Origin: an uncultured Bacteroides sp.
Lineage (GTDB): Bacteria; Bacteroidota; Bacteroidia; Bacteroidales; Muribaculaceae
NCBI GenBank assembly: GCA_964495725.1
Contig: CAZBWZ010000001.1
Span: 5,070 to 69,069 of the forward strand
Direction of reading: 5' to 3'
DNA length: 64,000 bases
Notes under the pieces: generated by a model
Database searches by the model: none
What the model was told of the DNA's origin: nothing
What the model saw: the letters and a program-made list of their open reading frames with translations, nothing else
Position numbers and translations under genes: made by a program
Part shown: positions 55,040 through 64,000 of the stretch, one piece after another
Layout: each line of letters begins with the position of its first letter
Numbering within the stretch: position 1 is the stretch's first letter

Positions 55040-57727
55040 TTATGACTCAGTCTGACCGTACTCTTTTCTGTAATGCGTAGGCGAGAGGCCGTAAGCCTGC
55101 TTGAAGCATTTGCCGAAATAGTTAAGGTCGGCAAATCCGCAGTCTACAGCTATATCCTTGACAGGCATTGATGTTGTGGTAATCAGCGATGCGGCCCTGC
55201 TGAGACGGCTCTCTTTGAGAAACTCCGAGGTTGTCACACCCAATATCGATTTAAGCTTGCGTGTTAGCCCGCTGCGGCTCACCGCCACATATTCAGCCAT
55301 GTCGTTCACGCCTACCTCAGAATCCGACAGCCGCAGATTGACAAACTCCATCACCTTGTCCATAAACTCGGCATCCTCTCCGGTCAGCCCCTCAGATACC
55401 GCAGCCTCAGGCTCGGTTCGGCTTTCGGCTGACATATTGTCGGCAGATGCAGTAGTCTCCAGCAACTTAAGATAAGCCGACAGCGTCTCGCGCTGGCGTG
55501 CATTGACACGTCTTATATACATTATGACCCATATCACACCCGCTATAGCGGAGATGATAAGCAAGCCGATCAGAATCCTGAACAGCAATGTTTCATGAAA
55601 TTTTGCTGCCACCCTGACATTAAGCACCGCCGCATTATCGAGCCAACGGCCCGTGTTGTCAGTAGACCTGACTTCAAGTACGAAATCACCCGGTGACAGA
55701 TCGAGTAATGATACCGACCTCTCATGCCCCAGACTCACCCAGTCGCTTCCGTCGATGCGGAATTCATATCGTATGTCGGCCTCATCTATATAATCTAAAG
55801 CCGCAAACCTGAGTATGAGATTACGCTCATCAGCCCCGAGACTTATCTCATGCTCTGACGGTGACAAGAGACGGGGAGCGCCATTCTGCACGGAATAGGA
55901 TGTAAACACCACAGGCACATTGTTTTCCGAGCCGCCAAGACTATCAAAATCTATCAGGAGACAACCCTTGTCATGACCCACCAGCCATCGGTTGCCGGCA
56001 ATATGCAGCGGACTACCCTCACTGAATCTCAGCTTACGTCCCTTAAAGGCAGATGGATAATTCTGCGACTTACCGCTCACGGGGTCAAACGAATATATCA
56101 TATTATCACTTATCACCCATATCACATCAGTTGACACATCGGGCATCAGCGACACCGAGATATCCGATGGGATACCTGCCTGCTCACTATAATGTCTGAA
56201 CTCGATATCTTTATTCCACATCCCGGCATCTGACAGCAGCATATCCACCCCACCGCTCTCTGTGGCCACAAAGATACGGCCCTTGCGGTCTTTGAGTATA
56301 TCCATGGTCGCGATGTTACTGAGCGATAATTCCCTATCAGGCTCACTCGCGTGCAGGCGGAAACTCATTTTCCCACGTACGTTGTTCACCGCAAGCAAGC
56401 CTGCGCGGGTGGCGGCAAACACGTGATCGGCATCAGGCATCAACAGTTTTCTCACTGCATTGGCAGTCGGCGGATAACCGGGCATACCTATCAGGCTCAT
56501 CATGTCGGGGTGCGGAGACTCAGGATTGCTGATCACAACCACACCGCCACCTAATGTCGCCACCCACAGCCGACCGGTTGCGTCACACTTGATATCATAA
56601 ATGTCATCGCAAGGCAGATCGCCCGAGGCTAAGGTGAAATGGTCCACCGAGTATCCGCCATTGCCGTCAGGATGAAGACGATGCAGACCACCAGGCTTGG
56701 TGCCCACCCATATATTGCCGGATTTGTCGGAGGCAATGGTGTATGGAGCCGACCCGAAACTTACCTTTACGTCTGATACCGAGCCGTCAGCACCTATATA
56801 TAACTTATCCGTGAGGTCATCCCTGTCATATACAGCGAGAGTGGTCTCACCGGCATCCCCAATCCAAATACGTCCGGCGGCATCGCGCATCATAGCCCTC
56901 ACCCTTGAGGATGAACCATCTGCGACCTCGTCGTATGGCAGCTCGTACATACTCACGCAATACGCTCCCAGACTGTTGCGCAGCCATACATTGCCCCGGC
57001 TGTCTGTAGTGCAGAAAAACAGTTTCTCGCCATGTGTATCAATCTTCTCCACGGCCATCAACTCCGTACCGCCGCCCTGAGCACATAATATATCTCCGCC
57101 CCGTGTAATCAGCCATACATTGCCCTTTTCATCCTTACCTGAGTACACTATATCACCTCCTGCATATATTGCGCCTTCATTATCCAAATGGTTGTCACCG
57201 GTCTTATAGTCGAGCAGTGGCAACGAAGGCAATATGCTGGCGGTGGAGACCGGCGCGCTGTCGGCAAACAACACAAAGCGACTGTCCTTGCCCTCGAGCA
57301 CGGTCTCTCCACCACGGGTCTGACGGACAGATGTTATTTCAGGCAACTCTCCGAGCCTTTTCTCAATGTCAGACGTGAGGTCGGTGAATTTATAGGCCCG
57401 TGTGTCAAACACGAGCATTCGGCCATCGACACGACACAACAGATTGCCGTCGGTCATCGTCTTTATGTCGCCAATGCGGTCGGAGTATCGTCGGGCCTCA
57501 TCACCCGGCCCGGGCTTGATTTTGGTAAACTCATATCCGTCAAAGCGGTTGAGGCCATTCCATGTGGCAAACCACATATAGCCGTCGCTATCCTGAGCAA
57601 TCTGCTTCACCGACCTGTGTGACAGGCCGGAATGTTGATCATAATGCTGCACACGTGCGGCGGGAGTGGCAGCACGCAGCATCATGGGCACAATCAGTGC
57701 GAGTATGGTAAGATAAATGGTCTTCAT
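55040..57727 (-). CDS. Membrane-spanning one-component regulator: Reg_prop beta-propeller sensor + Y_Y_Y + TM + AraC HTH (no kinase/receiver)
   Basis: QDSDGYMWFATWNGLNRFDG repeats, FAALDY..YEFRIDG..LSPGDFVLEVRSTD, TM helix, short linker, then EFMDKV..SRSGLTRKLKS..GFADLNYFGKCFKQAYGLSPTHYRK. Confidence 0.85.
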   Translation of the reverse strand: MKTIYLTILALIVPMMLRAATPAARVQHYDQHSGLSHRSVKQIAQDSDGYMWFATWNGLNRFDGYEFTKIKPGPGDEARRYSDRIGDIKTMTDGNLLCRVDGRMLVFDTRAYKFTDLTSDIEKRLGELPEITSVRQTRGGETVLEGKDSRFVLFADSAPVSTASILPSLPLLDYKTGDNHLDNEGAIYAGGDIVYSGKDEKGNVWLITRGGDILCAQGGGTELMAVEKIDTHGEKLFFCTTDSRGNVWLRNSLGAYCVSMYELPYDEVADGSSSRVRAMMRDAAGRIWIGDAGETTLAVYDRDDLTDKLYIGADGSVSDVKVSFGSAPYTIASDKSGNIWVGTKPGGLHRLHPDGNGGYSVDHFTLASGDLPCDDIYDIKCDATGRLWVATLGGGVVVISNPESPHPDMMSLIGMPGYPPTANAVRKLLMPDADHVFAATRAGLLAVNNVRGKMSFRLHASEPDRELSLSNIATMDILKDRKGRIFVATESGGVDMLLSDAGMWNKDIEFRHYSEQAGIPSDISVSLMPDVSTDVIWVISDNMIYSFDPVSGKSQNYPSAFKGRKLRFSEGSPLHIAGNRWLVGHDKGCLLIDFDSLGGSENNVPVVFTSYSVQNGAPRLLSPSEHEISLGADERNLILRFAALDYIDEADIRYEFRIDGSDWVSLGHERSVSLLDLSPGDFVLEVRSTDNTGRWLDNAAVLNVRVAAKFHETLLFRILIGLLIISAIAGVIWVIMYIRRVNARQRETLSAYLKLLETTASADNMSAESRTEPEAAVSEGLTGEDAEFMDKVMEFVNLRLSDSEVGVNDMAEYVAVSRSGLTRKLKSILGVTTSEFLKESRLSRAASLITTTSMPVKDIAVDCGFADLNYFGKCFKQAYGLSPTHYRKEYGQTES

Positions 57728-57741
57728 GATTCAAGGTGGTG

Positions 57742-57749
57742 CAAATGTA
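57742..57749 (-). promoter_or_regulatory. -7 promoter element for the regulator
   Basis: TACATTTG on the minus strand, 14 nt upstream of the ATG. Confidence 0.5.
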
Positions 57750-57882
57750 GCAAATAATCATGAAACACAAAAAACTCATTATCTCAAAAAATTCAAATAC
57801 CGGAGCAACGGATGCTTAAACCCCTGAGACAATGTTCCGACGGGACTGCCTTGGGCAGTGTTAAATATCCAGGCAATATTAG

Positions 57883-58911
57883 CTACTTACTGATACTTAC
57901 ACTTGGCTTTGACTCCTTATACACCCGCCGGCTGCTTACCACCTCCCTTTTCGCGTCATCCACCAGATCGATGTCGATATAGCCGTCTGGCAATGATGTC
58001 AGCGGTATTTTCACATAGGATACTCTGTCGGCTGCCATACTTAACACCACACCTGATGCCCTGACCACTACATTCATCTCTGCCAGATCCACATCACCAT
58101 GTGTCAGACACACGATTTTGAGCATATCGCTGCCTTGATTCACCTTCAGCACCGCCGTATTGGTCTCAGCCTCAGACACCTCAGTAGACAACACCGTGCC
58201 GTCACCCATCATGACGTTTACCCTGAGAGGACAAAGGCTGTCGTTAAGGAGTCTTACCGTGGCGTAACCGAAAGGATCTGTCTCGGTGGTGTAAACCGGT
58301 TTGCCGACGGTATCAACTACCTCGACATGAAACACACCGGTGAGTTCGTCGTCACCCACCACTCTTACGCCAACTTTCTGCACTGCCCCCTCGATGTAGT
58401 GACCGCCCTCGGGCTGGAGTTGTAGCATATACCGTGACACATCGCGAGCCGTTTCCTTCTTCTCTCCCACATTAATATTTTTATAGGCATAGGTCTCTGC
58501 CGGGAATCCGAGCATGTGCCGGGTATAGCCCACGATAGTGTACTCGCCGGGTGCAAGACTCTCGGGAATCTCCACGTAATTGGAGAATGCCCCGTTTTCA
58601 TTCCTTATGTATTTCTTATGGGATATCCTTTGCCAACCGTCGTTTCTGTATACATCAAGATATATGAAGTTGGTGAGTTGCGAATCAAGATTGTCAGCCT
58701 CGCTCACCACGTAAGCGCGGAAACTGATCTTCCCGCCAGGCTCGCAATCGTCCCTGTCGGTATGTATCACCATACGCTCGGGAGCCGCCGTCTCATAAAG
58801 ATCAAGCAAACGCTTCACCAGCACCGAATCCTCAACAGCGCCCTTGACAACACCCGGCAGCAGTACACCAAGCACAACCAATACCAATAATTTAATCTCT
58901 CTCACCACCAT
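57883..58911 (-). CDS. Exported MG2-like domain protein (resembles the N-terminal half of the Bacteroidetes MG2/plug-domain family)
   Basis: PERMVIHTDR..PGGKISFRAYVV, IPESLAPGEYTIVGYTRHM, LQPEGGHYIEG..QKVG. Confidence 0.6.
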   Translation of the reverse strand: MVVREIKLLVLVVLGVLLPGVVKGAVEDSVLVKRLLDLYETAAPERMVIHTDRDDCEPGGKISFRAYVVSEADNLDSQLTNFIYLDVYRNDGWQRISHKKYIRNENGAFSNYVEIPESLAPGEYTIVGYTRHMLGFPAETYAYKNINVGEKKETARDVSRYMLQLQPEGGHYIEGAVQKVGVRVVGDDELTGVFHVEVVDTVGKPVYTTETDPFGYATVRLLNDSLCPLRVNVMMGDGTVLSTEVSEAETNTAVLKVNQGSDMLKIVCLTHGDVDLAEMNVVVRASGVVLSMAADRVSYVKIPLTSLPDGYIDIDLVDDAKREVVSSRRVYKESKPSVSISK

Positions 58912-58945
58912 AATTGATTATTATACTTATAAACATATAATTACA

Positions 58946-60211
58946 TTAATGCACAAGATAACTACAGTCTACGTACTCTCCGCTATCAGTGAATCCCTTA
59001 ACACTGATTACTATTCCTTCTTGTAAATCTGAATCGTTGACATCTACCCGAAGGCTCTCACCATCCTTAACCCTGAGCTCAGGGTACCAAAATAACAAAT
59101 CACCGGAATCACCTTGTGGTGTGTTCACTTCATTAGGAACGTAGCCCATCGGTGTGAAAGAATTGGCCAATGGACGGCCCATGGCTTCCCTACCTCCGTT
59201 ACCAAACTTTGTATAGATAAGAAGGACAGGAAGAGCATTCTGCCCCGACTGAAACATCATGGTTCGAGGATCGTTTTTTATATACTCAATCTGCCATATA
59301 TCATTAATATTTAAAGAATTGAGAAAACCGGTTATATCACTATCAAAGGTATAATCGTTTTCATTATCAGATGAGCGCTGAATTATTTGATTATCAAGTA
59401 GAATTGTCGTTCTTTTAAGATCATATACCCCAATTGTTTTCAGCAACGAAGAAATGTTGGTATGACGATAAATTGCGGGATCACCCGCATAATAAGCCCT
59501 GTTTGTCTCTACCTTAAACATATTCATTACCTCTTGCTTTCGGGCTGTCACCTCAATGTTTTTCAAGATACGGGCTGTATCGAATGAGTTGTAAGATACT
59601 GTTTTGTCCAAGGGTACGTCAGCCTTTGGTCTCGGAATATCCGGCACCGGTGATTCGATCAATGACAGATTATATTTCCGGCGCTTGTCGAGATTATCAT
59701 AGGCATCAATATTGAACACAGTACTGTCAACAAATTCATTCACATTGATCCTGAAATTACCGTTTTTGTCAGCATGTTCCTTGAATATCCCGCCTGTTCT
59801 GCAATTCAGAGCCATCACCACCACCGACTCCCGGCCATCTGTATCATCCACCATACCCTCAAGCACCTGTACAGTCTCAAAGCCTCGCTTCACATTGCCG
59901 CTGTCACCATAGATACGATCATAGTCGGGCATGGAAGAAAACAACAGATGGGAGTCTGACTTATCGGGATTTCTTAGCATCCCGTCAGCGCAGTCCGCCG
60001 CTATGCTGTCACTCAAGAAATGCGCATTCACCCGTGTAGCCTTTACAGAATAGATGCCACTCTTATCAAACACCAATTCCGGTCTATTATGCACCTGTGC
60101 AGATATCGTTTCTCCACATACCGAGAATGAGTATATCACAACCAAACATACGAAATGATAAAATAAGAGTTTCAAAGTATTAACAAAACGGAGCATTAGC
60201 ATGGCGATCAA
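58946..60211 (-). CDS. Exported protein with a plug-like domain (resembles the C-terminal half of the same family)
   Basis: Hydrophobic N-terminus; ADKNGNFRI, LKNIEVTARK, DIWQIEYIK..VLLIYTK, PMGY, LLFWYPELRV, VKGFTDSG. Visibly AT-richer than its neighbours. Confidence 0.55.
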   Translation of the reverse strand: MIAMLMLRFVNTLKLLFYHFVCLVVIYSFSVCGETISAQVHNRPELVFDKSGIYSVKATRVNAHFLSDSIAADCADGMLRNPDKSDSHLLFSSMPDYDRIYGDSGNVKRGFETVQVLEGMVDDTDGRESVVVMALNCRTGGIFKEHADKNGNFRINVNEFVDSTVFNIDAYDNLDKRRKYNLSLIESPVPDIPRPKADVPLDKTVSYNSFDTARILKNIEVTARKQEVMNMFKVETNRAYYAGDPAIYRHTNISSLLKTIGVYDLKRTTILLDNQIIQRSSDNENDYTFDSDITGFLNSLNINDIWQIEYIKNDPRTMMFQSGQNALPVLLIYTKFGNGGREAMGRPLANSFTPMGYVPNEVNTPQGDSGDLLFWYPELRVKDGESLRVDVNDSDLQEGIVISVKGFTDSGEYVDCSYLVH

Positions 60212-60265
60212 TAGATTCAGGCCTCTAAGTTAGTGATTTTTTTTTACTTATAAAATATTATACAG

Positions 60266-60300
60266 AAAAAAAGGCCGGGTCGACATCAATCGGCCCGGCC
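60266..60300 (-). terminator. Intrinsic terminator
   Basis: Minus strand GGCCGGGCCGA-6nt-TCGACCCGGCC-T7. Confidence 0.75.
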
Positions 60301-60329
60301 AGCTTCTCTAACTAAAAAACTAAATGTTG

Positions 60330-63300
60330 TCAGTTGTTCACGACAACTTTGCGTGTGACGGTGGTGCCATCCGCGGTCGTCCCGACCACGACATTGACAC
60401 CTGTGCGCAGTGTGTTGATACGTATACCGTCCACTGTATAGATGGCTTTGATTGTAAGATCACCTGTTTCGGCCTCGATCGCGTCGATACCGGTGTAAGG
60501 AACAGCGACAGCCCTCTCGCTGAGACCACCGAATTCGTTGACCGAACGTACAGTGTACTGCTCGGCACCTCCGGCGACAGCAGCGGTAGCCTCTGTAGTG
60601 ATGGCAACGATCTCACCGTCGGCCTCCACGATATAGCAGATTGCGTAAGGCACCGCATCCCATACGAGCACGCTATTGTCCATGATCTTGGGCTCGGGAG
60701 CGGCACAGCTCTCGGTCTTGATCTCGGGCTGCCAGTTGTCACTGCCGCTGAGCACGTTCTTCACTGTGTACTGGGCTGCCTCTTCATCGGTGAGGAAATT
60801 CTTGGCTTTGCCATATACCCTCTCGCCGTTTGAATCCACGTAGTAGTAAGTGTCGCGACGTTGTGACAGGTCGAGGAGGTTGCCGTTGGCGTCAGTAGTA
60901 TTCCAGTCGGCCCAGAGCACGGGGAGTCCGCCCATTGTCTCATACCAGCCGGTAGCCGGGATGGTGACCTCAGCGCGGGTGTTGAGGAAGACAGTCTTGG
61001 GAGAATTGTGCCAGGGGCGGCCCAACCATACATCTGTCTCGGAGGGCACTCCGGGAGCGGTGATCACGCAGTTGTTGAATACATAACCCCACTCTACATC
61101 GAGAGCGTGTGAGGGAGCTACGATATAGCCACCGCTCTTGCGGTTGATAAGCAGTGTGGTGCTCTCCACATAGATGTTACCGCTGTTGTAGATAAAGTCG
61201 ACAGCACCCTCGATGAGTGAATTCTTGACAAATGCACGGTAGTTGGAAGTAGACGGAGTGATCCATGTATCCTGGTAGCTGAGCAGAGCCACGTTGTTGA
61301 AGATAGTGCGGTCACCCGATGTGTTGAGGGCGAGGGCCTGCGGGCCTGACTCCTTCTCGTGTCCCCATGAATTCTCAAGTGTGATGTTCTCGAAGAGACA
61401 GTCGTTTGACTTCACCACTACAGTAGCGCCTACGCTTACGTTGACAGCGTTTTCACCACCGCAGAGTCTGTCATCAAGCACGATGGTCTTGTCACGGTCC
61501 TGACCGATGACATGGATGAAGGGCTTATTGGCCGGGATATCGATGTGCTCCTTATAGTTGCCGTTCTTGACAAGGATGAGCCAGGGCTTGACACGGTTGG
61601 CGGGAGCGGCATCGATAGCTGACTGCAGGGATTCGAAGTCGCCTGTGCCATCGGCAGCAACTACAGCGTCGAACACGCGAGCCTCGGGCTGCACGCGCTC
61701 CATGGTCTTGAATGTAAGAGTGATTGCCTCACAAGCATTACCGCTGCGGTCTACGATCGCGCCGGCAGGCACATTGAAGGTATATTCTGTAGCATACTTG
61801 AGGCCAGAGTAGTTATATACCACGTTCTTACCACTGATGGTGGGAGTGAGCACCTCATCGCCGAGTGTGGCGTTGCCGGTGCCTACCTTGATCTTCTCAT
61901 CGAAGGTGAGGATTATCGAGCCTGTGGCGCTCGCATCCTCAGAGCCCGCTGCCGGGATCGAGTTGACAAGCTGGGGAGCCTTGTCGTCGTTGGCAGCTTC
62001 CTTGTCGGCAAGTACGAATATCTCGGCAACCGAAGTGCCGTCGTAGTCGCTTGACACACCGATGAGCGGTGATGTGCGGTCGGGCATGAAGCGGATGTAG
62101 ACACGGCTCTGGTTGGCGGCGTCGGCAGGAAGGTCGAATTCCTTGCTGTCCCAGCCGCGTGCCGGCGGGTTGAATGTGCCGATAGCGGTGTAGTTGACAC
62201 CATCGATACTGTACTCGGCATTGTTTACCGAATAGGTATTGTAATCATCGCCGAGCGCTGCTGAGAGCTTGAGGTTGGTATAACCTACTGATGAGAATGA
62301 AATCTCGAAGTACCACTCCTCGCTGAGATATTTCCAGATACGTGCGGCATATTTGCCGTTCTCCTGTCCGTTCTTGCAGCCGCGTGTGAGCCATGATGTA
62401 GTGGTGCCTTCGGCATTGCGCAGACTCAGCAATCCGGCGTTGTCGCTTTCGTCCTTATAGTCGGCTGCGCGCTGGCTTGCGGGCTGGTCGTAGTATAGAT
62501 CCCAGCCTACGATATAGTCGGCTGCGGAGAATGTTGCGGTGATGTCCTTTTCGCCGTCCATCACTATATCACGCTCGGCCTGAGTGCTGTTGTCTTCCCA
62601 GTTGGTGAAGGTGAGGATACGGTTGTTGATGGCAGTGAGTTTCACGTCAGTGCCCTCTTCATAATAATGTATGCCGTCTACAAAGTTACCCTCGGGTGAT
62701 ACCTGCACGAGATTGGCATTTGCGCCGCCTTCGAGCTTGAGGTTGAGAGCGTAGACATTGGTCTGTGAATAGATGGCGTAGAGCTCGGTGTTGGCAGTGA
62801 GCTCAAATGTATAGGGATTGGCGGTAGATACGGTGTTGCCGGCTGCATCAGCCCACTCTACGAAGTGGTAACCGAAATTCTCAGTGGCAGATACCGTGAT
62901 CTTAGTACCTTCGTCAAACTCAGCACCGGCGGGGTTGCATACCACGTTTCCGGCTCCGGGTGTGCCGAGGGAAACAGAGAGGGTGTAAGCGGGAACGGGT
63001 TCGAGCACGCCTGTGACATCACCTGTGATCTCGACATCGGCAAAAGCATACTGCTTGTTGTTGGCAAGATTATGGATGTATATCTTCACGGTGACTATCT
63101 CGCCGGTGGGATCGATAGCATCCACATTATACTGACAGTCACTGAAGTAGGGAGCCTCCTTAGTGAGCTGCGGGGTGAAGCCCTGTTCAAGCACCTGCGA
63201 CTGGTCACCCGCCGTAATCACTACATCGAAGTTACCTCCGTTGGTACCGACGCGGCTGGCCTTGAATCCCACGTGTGTGGGCTTGAACATCAGACCCTTC

Positions 63301-64000
63301 TTGGTCTTGATACTGAATATGATGGCGTTTTCATCGTTGTTCTCACCGTTGCCTCCCTCGACAGGCTGGAACTGTGTGCGTGACGGAGCGTCACCGTCGT
63401 TACGCACGCCCGTGATGGTAAGGTTGGAGCCGTGGCTGAATTCAGCTACGGAGAATAAACCGTCAACTGATACATCGGCCGCTGTAGCGCTGTCGGCACC
63501 GCTGCGCAGTGGCCAGCCCAGCACGACACCGTCCTGATTGATGGGAGCCGACATGTCCTCTCCGGTGACAGTGACGTAATCAAGATTCCAGTTGCTTGCG
63601 AATCCGTTGCCGGCGATAAGGCGCACCTTCACGCTTTCCTTGTTATTCGCCGACAGGCTGATGGTCTTGGGGTCGTAGGTCCACCATGTACCGGCCATTG
63701 TGTGTGTGCCGGCATCAAACCAGGTGTAACCCCCGTCGGTTGACACAACCACCTCGACTCCTGCCTCGGCATTGCCCCCGTAGGCCATGGCGTATTCTAC
63801 CGAAATATTTTTGTATCCTAAAGTCGGGAAGGAAATCTCATAGTATGCGTTGTGGGTAGATGCGTCAGTATAATCTGTGATGGCATTTGCATCGGTATTC
63901 TCGATACGGAATACATGGTTGTTGTAACCGTTGCATATCTGCCAGTAACGGCCCTGCGACAGACCGGTGGCTGAATAGGCGCTCTTGTCGCCGACATTCT
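60330..64000 (-). CDS. Multidomain CE8 pectin methylesterase with B-repeat/Ig-like modules and a T9SS-type C-terminal domain (start lies beyond the window)
   Basis: Frame is open to 64000. CE8 motifs VAADGTGDF..Q.AIDAAP, QALAL, YQDTW, GAVDFIY, LGRPW; B-repeats (GYHFVEW..STANPYTF); tail TGIDAI..IYTVDG..RKVVV. Confidence 0.85.
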   Translation of the reverse strand, partial: NVGDKSAYSATGLSQGRYWQICNGYNNHVFRIENTDANAITDYTDASTHNAYYEISFPTLGYKNISVEYAMAYGGNAEAGVEVVVSTDGGYTWFDAGTHTMAGTWWTYDPKTISLSANNKESVKVRLIAGNGFASNWNLDYVTVTGEDMSAPINQDGVVLGWPLRSGADSATAADVSVDGLFSVAEFSHGSNLTITGVRNDGDAPSRTQFQPVEGGNGENNDENAIIFSIKTKKGLMFKPTHVGFKASRVGTNGGNFDVVITAGDQSQVLEQGFTPQLTKEAPYFSDCQYNVDAIDPTGEIVTVKIYIHNLANNKQYAFADVEITGDVTGVLEPVPAYTLSVSLGTPGAGNVVCNPAGAEFDEGTKITVSATENFGYHFVEWADAAGNTVSTANPYTFELTANTELYAIYSQTNVYALNLKLEGGANANLVQVSPEGNFVDGIHYYEEGTDVKLTAINNRILTFTNWEDNSTQAERDIVMDGEKDITATFSAADYIVGWDLYYDQPASQRAADYKDESDNAGLLSLRNAEGTTTSWLTRGCKNGQENGKYAARIWKYLSEEWYFEISFSSVGYTNLKLSAALGDDYNTYSVNNAEYSIDGVNYTAIGTFNPPARGWDSKEFDLPADAANQSRVYIRFMPDRTSPLIGVSSDYDGTSVAEIFVLADKEAANDDKAPQLVNSIPAAGSEDASATGSIILTFDEKIKVGTGNATLGDEVLTPTISGKNVVYNYSGLKYATEYTFNVPAGAIVDRSGNACEAITLTFKTMERVQPEARVFDAVVAADGTGDFESLQSAIDAAPANRVKPWLILVKNGNYKEHIDIPANKPFIHVIGQDRDKTIVLDDRLCGGENAVNVSVGATVVVKSNDCLFENITLENSWGHEKESGPQALALNTSGDRTIFNNVALLSYQDTWITPSTSNYRAFVKNSLIEGAVDFIYNSGNIYVESTTLLINRKSGGYIVAPSHALDVEWGYVFNNCVITAPGVPSETDVWLGRPWHNSPKTVFLNTRAEVTIPATGWYETMGGLPVLWADWNTTDANGNLLDLSQRRDTYYYVDSNGERVYGKAKNFLTDEEAAQYTVKNVLSGSDNWQPEIKTESCAAPEPKIMDNSVLVWDAVPYAICYIVEADGEIVAITTEATAAVAGGAEQYTVRSVNEFGGLSERAVAVPYTGIDAIEAETGDLTIKAIYTVDGIRINTLRTGVNVVVGTTADGTTVTRKVVVNN

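Noticed and set aside
1-64000. tRNA, rRNA, transposase, integrase, prophage or defence genes
   Set aside because: None recognised. The window is almost fully tiled by the CDSs listed and no intergenic gap exceeds ~280 nt.

Overview
Bacteroidales DNA, most consistent with a Muribaculaceae/Prevotella-like gut genome. The evidence is TAnnTTTG -7 promoters, SusC/SusD pairs, lipoprotein signals and T9SS-type C-terminal tails. Left to right: (1) the end of the nuo operon (nuoM, nuoN); (2) a YdbS/YdbT-like membrane pair and a lipoprotein serpin behind a poly-A promoter; (3) a minus-strand tlpA - GH84 - btuG-btuB-btuF-btuC-btuD run with no visible cobalamin riboswitch; (4) a ~37-kb rhamnogalacturonan-II (RG-II)-type polysaccharide utilisation locus with GH95, GH140, GH78-GH33, GH43, GH143-GH142, GH78, a CE19-like esterase, PL1, two SusC/SusD pairs and several uncharacterised proteins; (5) luxS, a DcaP-like porin and a kinase-less propeller-AraC regulator; (6) an apparently split and order-swapped MG2/plug-domain gene pair; (7) a 5'-truncated multidomain pectin methylesterase. 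No rRNA, tRNA, CRISPR array, integrase or transposase was seen. Most unusual: the riboswitch-less B12 uptake operon fused behind a C-terminally short GH84, the split/swapped MG2-plug genes, a secreted protein made of a 205-aa tandem-duplicated unknown domain, a three-way-junction leader at the start of a susC transcript, and a possibly phase-variable serpin with an atypical hinge. Family calls come from motif recognition and recalled homologues, not database searches.
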